64,000 nt of DNA from Bacteroidia bacterium (GTDB lineage Bacteria; Bacteroidota; Bacteroidia; NS11-12g; UBA9320): the NCBI GenBank assembly GCA_028247315.1, contig JAOKFZ010000006.1:1403-65402 (forward strand), in the 5' to 3' direction. The position numbers and the translations under genes are program-made. Position 1 is the first letter of the stretch. Each line of letters begins with the position of its first letter. The notes beneath the pieces were generated by a model. The model saw nothing but the letters and a program-made list of their open reading frames with translations, was not told where the DNA came from and searched no databases. Below are positions 19,882 through 29,874 of this stretch, piece after piece.

Positions 19882-20646
19882 TTAGGATTGAGATGCTTCA
19901 GCCTTCATCTTATCGGATAGTTCCTTACCCAAATAATTATCTATTGCCAAATGAGCTAGATAGATAAGAGGAGTCAATATAAGAGCTACAACAAACTTGT
20001 ATAAATAATTATTGAGACCAACAGCTAGAATCAGAGCCCAACTCCAATCGGCACCAAGTCTAAAGGCTATGATAAGTACTACAAAACTATCTACAAACTG
20101 GCTCACAAGTGTACTGCCTGTGGCTCTCAGCCAAAGTTTACTCTCTCCAGTGATACTTTTTAACTTTTGAAAAACAGCTACGTCGAGTATCTGTCCTACT
20201 AAGAAGGCAACCAATGACCCCAATATGATCCATAGACCTTGACCAAATATCGAGGCAAATGCCAATTGAAAATTCGGAACACCAGCAGATATACCACTTA
20301 TAATCCACCAATCTGCAGGTGCTAGGTGTATACTAATATATACCATTACAAAAGCAAAAATAATGAGCACTGCGGTAAGGTAGGATAGGAACTTAACTCC
20401 ACGTTTACCAAAATACTCGTTGATGATATCAGTCATAACAAACACTATAGGCCACAACACCACGCCAGCGGTGAGGTTAAAGCTCACCTGCTCACCAAAC
20501 AGATTATGTTGTAGTGGTTCAATACCTAATGTGGCTTCTAATGAAAATATTTTAACTCCAATGAACTCAGCTATTAGAGCATTTGCTATGAAAAAGCCGC
20601 CAATAGTTAGGAATAATTTGCTCTCTTTGTTAGTAAGGGTGTTCAT
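19882..20646 (-). CDS. Queuosine precursor transporter (YhhQ/VUT family)
   Basis: WPIVFVMTDIINEYFG, GSLVAFLVGQILD, LWLRATGSTLVSQFVDS and NYLYKF motifs. Confidence 0.88.
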   Translation of the reverse strand: MNTLTNKESKLFLTIGGFFIANALIAEFIGVKIFSLEATLGIEPLQHNLFGEQVSFNLTAGVVLWPIVFVMTDIINEYFGKRGVKFLSYLTAVLIIFAFVMVYISIHLAPADWWIISGISAGVPNFQLAFASIFGQGLWIILGSLVAFLVGQILDVAVFQKLKSITGESKLWLRATGSTLVSQFVDSFVVLIIAFRLGADWSWALILAVGLNNYLYKFVVALILTPLIYLAHLAIDNYLGKELSDKMKAEASQS

Positions 20647-20727
20647 TTATGTATCTATTTTGACCATGCTGTGGAAACAATGGTGCACATATTGCGTAAT
20701 GTGTTTATAACATTGCAACAGTATAAA

Positions 20728-21729
20728 ATGAAATTCGTTTTTAGCACAATAATCGCACTTTTCGCATTCGCAGCTTCAGCTCAGGATGCCGTTTCGTATT
20801 ACAATTCGGGTATAGACAAGTTTGAAGAAGGTAACGTACTCGGTGCCATCAAAGACTTTGATTCTGCTATTGTGAAGAATTCCAAAATGGCCGAGGCCTA
20901 TTGGGGTAGAGGCAGTGTTTATGCAGAGATGCAAGAGTTTAAAGGAGCATTGAAAGATCTCAACAAGTGTATAGAAATTGATCCCGGTGTTATTGATGCG
21001 TTTTATAATAGAGCCTATGTGCTGATGGCAATGGGCGAGCAGCAGAAAGCATTGAATGATCTAAATATGTATTGCTTGATGAAGCCTGAGGATATCAATG
21101 GCTTCCTATCTAGATTAGATATATTGGTAAAGAACTCTATGCATGACGAGGCTTTTAAGAATATGGAGACTATAGCTGGCCTAGAAGCTTCTACACCGGG
21201 AGAGTATGTGCAACGTGCTCGTGTCAAGTTTCTGATGAAGGATACGGTTGGGTCTGTACAAGACTTAGATGCCGGCATCAATTTAGCCCCTACGTTTATG
21301 GATGCCTATTTTCTTAGAGGTAAGTATAACTATGAGTTTGGTTTCTACAATAAGGCAATACAGGATCTTAGCGTCTACTTACTTAGCAATAAGGAGGACC
21401 ACGAAGCCTTTGTAATACGCGGAGAGTGTTTTGCTCGTCAAAGTGACTATAGTCTTGCAGCAAAGGACTACACTAAAGCCATAGCAATAGAAGATCAGAA
21501 TCCCACCTATTATTTTGACAGAGGTTTTTTTTACATCCAACTAGAAGAATACGCCAATGCTCAAAAAGACTTTAAAAGAGCCATATTTTTCAATCACGAT
21601 GACATTCGTTTAGCATACTTCAATCTGGGTATTGCAGAGTACAGACTTGGAAACAAGGAAGACGCTTGCACCAACTGGAGAAAATCGGAAGACCTAGGTA
21701 TGGATTATATCAATAAGTACTGTCTGTAG
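20728..21729 (+). CDS. Secreted tetratricopeptide repeat protein
   Basis: Signal peptide MKFVFSTIIALFAFAASAQ; several TPR units (AEAYWGRG, DAFYNRA, YYFDRG); ends ACTNWRKS. Confidence 0.85.
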   Translation: MKFVFSTIIALFAFAASAQDAVSYYNSGIDKFEEGNVLGAIKDFDSAIVKNSKMAEAYWGRGSVYAEMQEFKGALKDLNKCIEIDPGVIDAFYNRAYVLMAMGEQQKALNDLNMYCLMKPEDINGFLSRLDILVKNSMHDEAFKNMETIAGLEASTPGEYVQRARVKFLMKDTVGSVQDLDAGINLAPTFMDAYFLRGKYNYEFGFYNKAIQDLSVYLLSNKEDHEAFVIRGECFARQSDYSLAAKDYTKAIAIEDQNPTYYFDRGFFYIQLEEYANAQKDFKRAIFFNHDDIRLAYFNLGIAEYRLGNKEDACTNWRKSEDLGMDYINKYCL

Positions 21730-21732
21730 TAC

Positions 21733-22482
21733 TTATTTTTTTAACTCAAAAATGCCAAACTTGCTTACACCCCATTTGGCTAAGCGGTATTGAATAGATA
21801 CGAGCAATACACCTAGTCCATATATCGAACTACGTTTAAGATTAATGGAGCTGGCATCATCAAAGTATTTGGTAGGGCAAGTCACTTCACCTATTTCGAA
21901 ATCTGCAAAGAATACCTGAGCGGTCATTTGATTGTCAAAGACAAAATCATCGGAATTCTTATCAATGTCTATTTTGTCAAATATTTTTGTGTCAAATGCT
22001 CTGTAGCCTGTATGATATTCGCTTAGCTTTTGATTAATCAAAATATTTTGGAATAAGGTTAAGATTCTATTGGCTACATATTTATACCAAGGCATACCGC
22101 CTTTTAAAGCTCCTTTACCAAGTATCCTACTTGCATACACTGCAGGGAATACTCCATTGGCAATGATACTACACATGCTTTTCACAAGCAAAGGTGTATA
22201 TTGATAATCTGGGTGTACCATAATCACAATGTCAGCACCGATCTGTATAGCCTTATTGTAGCAACTTTTTTGATTCCCTCCGTAGCCCCTGTTATTATCG
22301 TGCACTATAACATGATTTACACCAATACGTTTGGCTAGTCCAGCCGTATCGTCCTTACTAGCATCATCTACTAGTATGGTTTCATCTACTATGTCAAAAG
22401 GTAATTCATTGTAGGTTTTTTCCAATGTTTTGGCTGCATTATATGCAGGGAAAACAACAACTACTTTTTTGCCGTCTATCAT
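21733..22482 (-). CDS. Glycosyltransferase family 2 (polyprenol-phosphate glycosyltransferase-like)
   Basis: VVFPAYNA, LVDDAS, NRGYGGNQK, HPDYQY and SEYHTGYRAF motifs. Start ATG 22482 overlaps the nhaD stop (ATGA). Confidence 0.9.
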   Translation of the reverse strand: MIDGKKVVVVFPAYNAAKTLEKTYNELPFDIVDETILVDDASKDDTAGLAKRIGVNHVIVHDNNRGYGGNQKSCYNKAIQIGADIVIMVHPDYQYTPLLVKSMCSIIANGVFPAVYASRILGKGALKGGMPWYKYVANRILTLFQNILINQKLSEYHTGYRAFDTKIFDKIDIDKNSDDFVFDNQMTAQVFFADFEIGEVTCPTKYFDDASSINLKRSSIYGLGVLLVSIQYRLAKWGVSKFGIFELKK

Positions 22483-23807
22483 AGGTATAATACGTAATAA
22501 ACAGCTGCACCAGCAAAGTAACCAATGATGGCTAACCAGCTTATCTTCTTTAAGTACCACATGAAGTCAATTTTCTCTAAACCCATGGCCGCAACTCCAG
22601 CTGCAGATCCTATGATAAGAGCACTGCCTCCTGTACCTGCACAGTAGGCTAGTAATTCCCAGAAGTGTCCGTTTGCAGCAAAATCGCCCGCAGGAGATAT
22701 ATTATACATGCCTTGGGCCGCAGCTACTAGAGGCACGTTATCTACTATACTAGAGAGTAATCCGATGACAATATTTATAGAAAATATATCTCCACCAAAG
22801 GCACTATCCAGTGCCATTGCAGCGGTTTTAAGGTGGCCAAACTCCTGAAGAGCGGCTACTGCCATTAGTATCCCCAAGAAGAACAACACACTTGCAACAT
22901 CTATTTTTTGCAATACACTAACCACACTAAGGGTTTCTTTGTCTGCTTTGTTTTTGCCTTTGTGCATGATCTCCGTTACCGTCCATATTACACCCAGACT
23001 TAGCATCATTCCCATAAATGGAGGTAAATGTGTAATGGTCTTAAAGAATGGCACAAATACCAAACCTGCTAGTCCCAATATAAATACAGTAATTCTCTCG
23101 CTAGAAGTGGTTGGATTGAGGTAGTGATCTGCGTTTTCTTGCTTCTTGGCAGGGCGTTCAACTTCGCCTTTAAACGTAAAGCTAAGTACACTTAAAGGCA
23201 CTAGAAGTGCTACCATACTGGGTAGTATTAGGTCTACTACTATGTTTGGTACGTCAGGCAATTGTCCTTTTATCCAAAGCATAGTAGTCGTAACGTCTCC
23301 AATAGGTGACCATGCACCACCTGCATTTGCAGCTATTACTACCATACCGACAAACATCCAACGAGTTTTCTGATCTTTTATGAGCTTGCGAAGCAAAGAG
23401 ATCATCACTATAGTGGTAGTAAGATTATCTAATGCTGCAGAGAAAAAGAAGGTAAGGATACATATTATCCAAAGTAGTTTTGTTATGTTTTTGGTCTTAA
23501 TTCGATCTGTAATTACGGCAAAGCCTTCATGAGCGTCTACAAGTTCTACTATGGTCATGGCTCCCATGAGGAAGAAGAGAATATTAGCAATGTCAAACAT
23601 ATGATGGTATAGACCACCATTTCCATCTGCACCGTGTTCTATAATATGTGAAATGTCGTGTCCTGCACCGCTTAGTGAAAACACATAAATAGCCCAACAT
23701 ACCATACCTGTAACCAAGGCACTGGCTGCTTTATCTATTTTGAGAGGGTGCTCTAGTGCTATGGCTGCATAGCCAATCACAAAAACAATGATAATGAGTA
23801 TTGCCAT
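22479..23807 (-). CDS. nhaD: Na+/H+ antiporter, NhaD family
   Basis: FFLMGAMTIVEL, SAALDNLTT, ANAGGAWSPIGDVTT, SSIVDNVP and GTGGS..IIGSAAG motifs. Confidence 0.9.
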   Translation of the reverse strand: MAILIIIVFVIGYAAIALEHPLKIDKAASALVTGMVCWAIYVFSLSGAGHDISHIIEHGADGNGGLYHHMFDIANILFFLMGAMTIVELVDAHEGFAVITDRIKTKNITKLLWIICILTFFFSAALDNLTTTIVMISLLRKLIKDQKTRWMFVGMVVIAANAGGAWSPIGDVTTTMLWIKGQLPDVPNIVVDLILPSMVALLVPLSVLSFTFKGEVERPAKKQENADHYLNPTTSSERITVFILGLAGLVFVPFFKTITHLPPFMGMMLSLGVIWTVTEIMHKGKNKADKETLSVVSVLQKIDVASVLFFLGILMAVAALQEFGHLKTAAMALDSAFGGDIFSINIVIGLLSSIVDNVPLVAAAQGMYNISPAGDFAANGHFWELLAYCAGTGGSALIIGSAAGVAAMGLEKIDFMWYLKKISWLAIIGYFAGAAVYYVLYL

Positions 23808-23808
23808 T

Positions 23809-24273
23809 TTAATCTTTTTCTGGTGGCAAAAAAAGGTTTTTTATTTCACTATATAAGGGGATTTCATTCACAATTTTTAGCTCATTTTGTCTTCGAGCAA
23901 TGAAAAAGTGCTGCAGACCATTGGTGAGCAATACGTAAGGCACATCTTGCAGATGTATATAGCCTGTAGCTTGGTCCAACGTCTTTTGTGTTATTTTTAT
24001 ACTTGGAGCTTTGCATTCGACTAGCAATTCTGGATGACCATTTTGATTGTAGTGCACCGCATCGTATCTTTTTCTGCTTTTTGGTAAAACACGCTCTATA
24101 CTCATTCTGCTTGCTGACCATTTGTTTTTAATCAGCTGGTGTATAGTGTGTTGACGGACCCATTCTTCAGAAGTGAGAGTTACATATTTCTTTCTGACCG
24201 TATCAAAAATGAGATTTTTCCCATTATTGTCAGGTTTTATTTGAAAGTTAAATTTTTCAAAGTTTAATTGCAC
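23809..24273 (-). CDS. Stand-alone HsdR N-terminal-like (PD-(D/E)xK) domain protein
   Basis: IFDTVRKKYVTLTSEEWVRQ, YDAV..LLVECKAP and LLTNGLQH motifs. GTG start. Confidence 0.85.
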   Translation of the reverse strand: MQLNFEKFNFQIKPDNNGKNLIFDTVRKKYVTLTSEEWVRQHTIHQLIKNKWSASRMSIERVLPKSRKRYDAVHYNQNGHPELLVECKAPSIKITQKTLDQATGYIHLQDVPYVLLTNGLQHFFIARRQNELKIVNEIPLYSEIKNLFLPPEKD

Positions 24274-24292
24274 GTCTTATCGCTTATTAAGA

Positions 24293-25318
24293 ATGGCCAA
24301 AGGTACAAGTTCATACAACGAATTCAATGCATTAATGCAGCAGCTCGACAACAAGGAGGTTGCTCCTATATATTTGCTTCAGGGCGAGGAGTATCGCATG
24401 CTTGAACAGTTGCTAGATAAAATTGAACAAGTAGTACTCGATGAGACGACCAAAAGTTTCAATCATCACCTATTTTATGGTAGAGAAACGACAGCATCAG
24501 ATATAGTAAATGTGGCTCGCCGATTTCCTATGATGGCAGAGAAGCAACTCGTTGTGTACAAGGAAGCACAATATTGTCGCAATCCAGATGAGATTATTGA
24601 GTACCTTAACAATCCCGTTCCTAGTACTGTATTGGTGTGGTACCATCCGGGAAAAAAAATAGCAAGTAATCGAAAGGTAGGGAAAGCGTTTGCTGCCAAG
24701 GGCAAAGTATTTAATGGTGATGCGGTAGACGAAAGGCAGGTGGCACAAGTGGTCACCCAACTTATAAAAGACGTGGGTTATGACATAGAACCAAAGCCGC
24801 TCCATTTGTTGATAGAAAATAGTGGAGGTAAGTTTAGTGTGATAATCAAAGAGCTCGATAAGGTTTTTAGCAATGTAGAAAAAGGAAATAAGATACGAGA
24901 AGAACATATAGAAAAGTATGTAGGTATTAATAAAAACTATAATGTATTTGCCTTGCAAAAGGCACTGGCAAAAAAACAGCGAGTGCTAGCAATGGAGATA
25001 CTCGATTTTTTCACCTCCAATATCAATAACCATCCGGTGCCACTTATGGTAGGAGCACTGTTTAGCTATTTCAGAAAAGTAGCTGTGGTGCAAAGCATGC
25101 GAAAGAGCACTGACAAGGAAATAATGAGTGCCGTTGGTATCCCGTTTTTCGCAATGAGCGAATACAGAGAAGCCTCTAAGAATTTTGGAGGCAAGAAGAT
25201 GGTGAAGGTCATAGAGGCCTTGAACGACTGTGACCTGAAATTCAAAGGAATCAAGGAAAATGCAGGCGGGCACGCTGCTCTTTTTGAAGAAACGATACTA
25301 AAGATATTGGCGCTTTAG
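24293..25318 (+). CDS. holA: DNA polymerase III delta subunit
   Basis: PIYLLQGEE, FYGRE, ARRFPMMAEKQLV..KEAQ and YNVFALQKAL motifs. Confidence 0.9.
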   Translation: MAKGTSSYNEFNALMQQLDNKEVAPIYLLQGEEYRMLEQLLDKIEQVVLDETTKSFNHHLFYGRETTASDIVNVARRFPMMAEKQLVVYKEAQYCRNPDEIIEYLNNPVPSTVLVWYHPGKKIASNRKVGKAFAAKGKVFNGDAVDERQVAQVVTQLIKDVGYDIEPKPLHLLIENSGGKFSVIIKELDKVFSNVEKGNKIREEHIEKYVGINKNYNVFALQKALAKKQRVLAMEILDFFTSNINNHPVPLMVGALFSYFRKVAVVQSMRKSTDKEIMSAVGIPFFAMSEYREASKNFGGKKMVKVIEALNDCDLKFKGIKENAGGHAALFEETILKILAL

Positions 25319-25401
25319 TAAAAAAGGACGCTTTCGTTACAAAGTATTACAAATTAATTAATTATTTTGCCAACCAGAAATTAAATTATAAGCACACACA
25401 C

Positions 25402-27372
25402 ATGAAAAAAACATTACTTACCGCGTTAATTGCGACGCCATTTTTGCTTTTTGCTCAGAATCCTGTTAAGGAACTGCCAGTCAAAAATGCTTATTCTGTT
25501 AAATCTAGTAAAGAGTCGATTAAATTCATAAACGATGAAATGCCAGAAGGACATGTTTCTGGAAGCAGTGATTTTGCCATTAAAACTAAAAAAGATAAAA
25601 ACTTTAGTAGTGTTGTTTTGGGCAATACGTTTTATGATCTACAGACCAACTCTAGTCCGGGCAGAAGAATAGTGCTTCACAGCGACGGCACAATAAGTGC
25701 AGTATGGACAGCCAGTCCAGATGCTGGTACAGGTTACCCTAACAGAGGTAGTGGATACAACTACTTTGATGGTACAAATTGGCTTACAGGCAGAGACAAC
25801 AAGATAGAAACATCAGGCAGAACAGGATGGCCATCTATCATGCTACTAGATGATGGTAGAGAAAGAATAATGGCTCATGAGTCGGGCACAGGAGGATTTG
25901 TTTCAAGTACAAATGCTTCAAAAGGAAGTGCAAGTTTTACAAGTACAGGTCCTGTTTTAGATGATGAGACTGTTGTGAATGTAGACAGAGTCCCAATTTG
26001 GAATAGAAGTGTAGCTACTAATGGTAAAGTGCACACGATATCCAACTATTGGGCAAATGAGGACGCCGGTATAGATGTGGTTACACGTAATGGTGTTTCT
26101 AGTCCTACTTCTTACAGTAGATGGGATGTAGCGGGTGATACTGCAGATGTAGCTCATATTTTGTTGCCAGGTTATGATAGTTCACTTTATACCGCTGGTG
26201 GAGGTGATGGATACGCCATTGATGCAAGAGATAATACGGTTGCTATCCTCATTGGTGGTCTTGGAGATCCAGTATCGCTCTGGAAAAGTACAGATAATGG
26301 AGAAAATTGGACGTACACAGATGTAGATAATTATGCATTTAAAGGTCCTAGAGGTCCTGCCACGTTATTGTTGAGTGGAGACACGGTAAATACGAATGAT
26401 GGATCTTTGGATGTAATGATAGATGCCAACGGTGATGTACACGCTTTTTGGGGTTTGGGCAGAGTTTTAGGAGCAGTAAGTACTACAGACGCAACTGATA
26501 CAGTTATTAACTTTTTCCCCGCACAGTCTTCTTTGATGCATTGGAAAGAAGGTGACGCGGAGCCTAAAATATCGGGTGTGCCTTTCGATCAAAATGGTGA
26601 CGGTGCGTACGATGTAAATACAGAAACATTCCAAAACTTGGATGCAGATAATAATGTTCCAAATGGACTGCTTTCCGCAGCAAGAACTGGTGCCACTTCA
26701 TTGGTAACTATGCCGAGTGCGAGTACAGATGCAGATGGGAACCTATTTGTAGTATACTCAGCTCCGGTAGAAGGTGCAGTTCACTTTTTAAATGCAAATT
26801 TTAGAGACATATTTGTTTCGTACTCTATTGATGGAGGAACAACTTGGAACGGTCCTCAAAATATTACACAAGACGGAAGAGTAGAAAGTAATTTTCCGTG
26901 TGCAGCTAAAATGGCAGACGATTTCTTACACGTAATATGGCAAGAAGATGCTACTCCAGGTACGCACTTGCAGAATCACTCTGCTTCTGCAGGATCTCAT
27001 CCCAACGATGTATGTACTATGAACTATGCTGCTGTGCCAGTAACAGACATTATCAATGATGTATTGGGTACAGATGTTATAACTAGCGTGGGAGACGTAA
27101 CAAGAGATGCGGAAGTATTTGTAGTAAGTCAAAATCAACCAAACCCATTCAATGGTTCTTCTGAGGTAATCATTTATCTCAGAGACGCTTCACCACTTAC
27201 ACTTACAGTGACTGATATATTGGGTAACGTGCTCAATACAGGTGAGCTAGGAGTTATGAATAGAGGAAATCATACAGTAACTATAGACGGTGCTAGCCTA
27301 AGTGCAGGAATGTATTTCTACACGATATCAGGTAAGCAAAACAGCGTTACAAAAAGAATGCAAGTGAAGTAA
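25402..27372 (+). CDS. T9SS type A C-terminal-domain cargo protein with BNR/Asp-box repeats
   Basis: Signal peptide; Asp-boxes KSTDNGENW and YSIDGGTTW; CTD QNQPNPF..DILG..L..GMYFY..KRMQVK. Confidence 0.8.
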   Translation: MKKTLLTALIATPFLLFAQNPVKELPVKNAYSVKSSKESIKFINDEMPEGHVSGSSDFAIKTKKDKNFSSVVLGNTFYDLQTNSSPGRRIVLHSDGTISAVWTASPDAGTGYPNRGSGYNYFDGTNWLTGRDNKIETSGRTGWPSIMLLDDGRERIMAHESGTGGFVSSTNASKGSASFTSTGPVLDDETVVNVDRVPIWNRSVATNGKVHTISNYWANEDAGIDVVTRNGVSSPTSYSRWDVAGDTADVAHILLPGYDSSLYTAGGGDGYAIDARDNTVAILIGGLGDPVSLWKSTDNGENWTYTDVDNYAFKGPRGPATLLLSGDTVNTNDGSLDVMIDANGDVHAFWGLGRVLGAVSTTDATDTVINFFPAQSSLMHWKEGDAEPKISGVPFDQNGDGAYDVNTETFQNLDADNNVPNGLLSAARTGATSLVTMPSASTDADGNLFVVYSAPVEGAVHFLNANFRDIFVSYSIDGGTTWNGPQNITQDGRVESNFPCAAKMADDFLHVIWQEDATPGTHLQNHSASAGSHPNDVCTMNYAAVPVTDIINDVLGTDVITSVGDVTRDAEVFVVSQNQPNPFNGSSEVIIYLRDASPLTLTVTDILGNVLNTGELGVMNRGNHTVTIDGASLSAGMYFYTISGKQNSVTKRMQVK

Positions 27373-27396
27373 GTTTTTAAGAGCCTAAATCACCTG

Positions 27397-27431
27397 AAAT
27401 GTGACTTGTGAAAACAAGTCACATTTTTTTT
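27397..27431 (+). terminator. Rho-independent terminator
   Basis: Perfect 13-bp stem AAATGTGACTTGT-GAAA-ACAAGTCACATTT plus T tract. Confidence 0.85.
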
Positions 27432-27462
27432 GGAAATAATTGACGGGAGTAAAAAATAAATC

Positions 27463-27470
27463 TACATTTG
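27463..27470 (+). promoter_or_regulatory. -7 promoter box (TACATTTG) for tRNA-Leu
   Basis: Exact TAnnTTTG match followed by CA, 22 nt before the tRNA. Confidence 0.7.
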
Positions 27471-27492
27471 CAGCCCTTTAAGTGAGAAGGAA

Positions 27493-27574
27493 GCGGGCGT
27501 GGTGAAATTGGTAGACACGCTAGACTTAGGATCTAGTGCCTCACGGTGTGAAGGTTCGAGTCCTTTCGCCCGCA
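27493..27574 (+). tRNA. tRNA-Leu (anticodon TAG), CCA not encoded
   Basis: Acceptor stem GCGGGCG/CGCCCGC, D-loop TTGGTAGAC, anticodon arm CTAGA-CTTAGGA-TCTAG, long variable arm and T-loop GTTCGAGTC. Confidence 0.97.
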
Positions 27575-27590
27575 CTGTACGATACAGTTT

Positions 27591-27626
27591 AACAAAACCC
27601 TGGTAATACAGGGTTTTGTTCTTTTT
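27591..27626 (+). terminator. Terminator after tRNA-Leu
   Basis: AACAAAACCCTG/CAGGGTTTTGTT stem plus T-rich tail. Confidence 0.75.
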
Positions 27627-27708
27627 GGGCCTTTCACTTTTGTAGTACTAAACACAAAATAGAAATACGAAACGTATATACTTCAAAACTTTAACAAAAA
27701 CATTCCAG

Positions 27709-29091
27709 ATGAACGTAACTTTCGAAAAAAAAGATGATTTAAATGCTCTAATCAGTGTAGTAATTAAAAACGAAGATTATCTAGAGAACATTAATAAGCA
27801 GTTCAAAGATTACCGTAAAAAAGCTAAAATTCCAGGTTTCAGACCTGGTACAGTACCTATGGGTATGGTAAAGCAAATGGTAGGTAAGAGTGTACTTTTT
27901 GAAGAAGTGAACAGACTTACCTCTGAACACTTGTACCAGTATCTGCAAGAAAACAATATAGATATACTTGGCCAGCCAATGACAAGTTTAGAAAAAGAGA
28001 GTGTTACCGATTTTGAAAACTACGGAGATTTCACGTTTCATTTTGACCTAGGTCTTGCACCAGCTGTTGAGCTTCAAATATCTGATAAAGATAAACTGAC
28101 CCGCTATGAAATAGAGCTAGACAAGAAGGAAGTAGATACGGAGATAAAAAACCTAAGAAGACAAAACGGTAAGTTGGAAACCATGGATAAGTCAGAAACA
28201 GAAAATGACTCCATTGTACTAATGATGACTGAGGTGGATAAAAAAGGTGAGCACAAAGACGGTGGTGTTTTTGAGCAAGAAGTAACTGTATTGCCGGAGG
28301 TAGTAAAAAGCAAAAAAGTAAAAAAGCAACTGGTAGGTGTATCTACTGGAGATGAGCTTGATATTAATGTATTCGACCTTTTTAATGACAATGAAATGGT
28401 GATTGTCCAGTCATTGGGAATAGAGAAAGAAGCGGTAGCAGGACTTAATAAGACGTTCAAAGGGAAAGTAAAAGAAATACGCAGAGTGCAGCCAGCAGAA
28501 TTAAGTCAAGAATTTTTTGACCTAGTAATGGGCCCTGATGCAGTGAAAACAAAACAAGAGTTTGAAGCTAAAATTGAAGAAAACCTTGGTGCATACTACG
28601 TAGCAGAAGCTGAAAAGCAACTAGAAGCAGAGTTGAATCTAATGCTAGAAGAGAAGCACAAGCTTACGCTTCCAGATGATTTCTTAAAAAGATGGTTGAG
28701 TGAAACGAAGCCAGAGACATACAATCCAGACAATGTAGATGAGCTTTATGGTAATGAATCCGTTGTATTGCGTAAGCAACTCGTACGCGAGAAAATAGCT
28801 GAAGAGCAAAATGTAGAAGTAACGGATGAAGACATTAACCAAACTTCATTTGCATATACGGCACAAATGCTTCGTCAATATGGATTGAATAATCCTGACC
28901 CAGCGATGATTCAAAATTTTGAAGCTAAAAACAGAGAAGACAAAGGTTATCTGATGCGTATACGCGATGTGGTAGTCGATAAAAAAGTGTTGGATAAAGT
29001 AAAAGAGCTTATCACTATCAAAGATAAAAAGCTGCATGTAGATAAGTTCTACGATGAGGTAAAAAAGTTCAACGATAAAGTTTCTAAGTAA
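27709..29091 (+). CDS. tig: Trigger factor
   Basis: KIPGFRPGTVP ribosome-binding loop; position upstream of clpP-clpX. Confidence 0.92.
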   Translation: MNVTFEKKDDLNALISVVIKNEDYLENINKQFKDYRKKAKIPGFRPGTVPMGMVKQMVGKSVLFEEVNRLTSEHLYQYLQENNIDILGQPMTSLEKESVTDFENYGDFTFHFDLGLAPAVELQISDKDKLTRYEIELDKKEVDTEIKNLRRQNGKLETMDKSETENDSIVLMMTEVDKKGEHKDGGVFEQEVTVLPEVVKSKKVKKQLVGVSTGDELDINVFDLFNDNEMVIVQSLGIEKEAVAGLNKTFKGKVKEIRRVQPAELSQEFFDLVMGPDAVKTKQEFEAKIEENLGAYYVAEAEKQLEAELNLMLEEKHKLTLPDDFLKRWLSETKPETYNPDNVDELYGNESVVLRKQLVREKIAEEQNVEVTDEDINQTSFAYTAQMLRQYGLNNPDPAMIQNFEAKNREDKGYLMRIRDVVVDKKVLDKVKELITIKDKKLHVDKFYDEVKKFNDKVSK

Positions 29092-29099
29092 ACTAAATG

Positions 29100-29132
29100 A
29101 AAAACCACTCGATTCATCGAGTGGTTTTTTTT
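29100..29132 (+). terminator. Terminator after tig
   Basis: AAAAACCACTCGA-TTCA-TCGAGTGGTTTTT stem plus T tract. Confidence 0.8.
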
Positions 29133-29184
29133 GAAATCAGATTTGCAAACGATTTGTTTTACATTTGACACCAAGATAAAAGAT

Positions 29185-29871
29185 ATGGATTACGGAAAAG
29201 AATTTAGAAAATACGCAATAAAGCACCATGGAATTAGTAGTACAAAAGTAGATCACTACATTGGGAGCTCTATCCATGCACCTCAAGATATGACACGTAC
29301 AGTCATAGAAGAACGTCAGATGCCATTTAGAGAGGTAGATGTATTCTCTAGGTTAATGGCAGATAGAATAATCTTTTTGGGTACAGGAATAGATGACTAC
29401 ATAGCCAACGTAATACAAGCTCAGCTTTTGTTTTTGGAAAGTTCAGATGCAAAGCGAGATATACAGATATACATAAATAGTCCAGGAGGTAGTGTATATG
29501 CTGGTCTAGGTATATATGACACTATGCAATACATAGCTCCAGACGTAGCGACTATCTGTACAGGCATAGCTGCGAGTATGGGTGCTGTTCTTATGTGCTC
29601 CGGTACCAAAGGCAAGAGAACGGCTCTAAAGCATAGTAGAGTAATGATACACCAACCCCTAGGCGGCACTTCTGGTCAAGCTACAGATATGGAAATCACC
29701 GTGAAGGAGATAATGAAGTTAAAAAAAGAGCTATACGATATCATAGCAAATCACAGTGGTCAGAAATATGCAAAAGTAGAGAAAGACAGTGAGCGTGATT
29801 ACTGGATGACTGCACAGGAAGCTAAGGAATATGGAATGCTAGACGAAGTGCTAGAAAGAAAAGCAAAATAA
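29185..29871 (+). CDS. clpP: ATP-dependent Clp protease proteolytic subunit
   Basis: YINSPGG, ASMG (Ser), MIHQP (His) and RDYW (Asp). Own promoter TACATTTG at 29160-29167 supports the ATG at 29185. Confidence 0.97.
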   Translation: MDYGKEFRKYAIKHHGISSTKVDHYIGSSIHAPQDMTRTVIEERQMPFREVDVFSRLMADRIIFLGTGIDDYIANVIQAQLLFLESSDAKRDIQIYINSPGGSVYAGLGIYDTMQYIAPDVATICTGIAASMGAVLMCSGTKGKRTALKHSRVMIHQPLGGTSGQATDMEITVKEIMKLKKELYDIIANHSGQKYAKVEKDSERDYWMTAQEAKEYGMLDEVLERKAK

Positions 29872-29874
29872 GAT

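Noticed and set aside
27574-27708. tRNA-Leu 3' end as an integration site, and a small ACTGTA-CGA-TACAGT hairpin right after it
   Set aside because: No integrase or duplicated tRNA 3' fragment; tig follows directly. A 6-bp hairpin is within chance.
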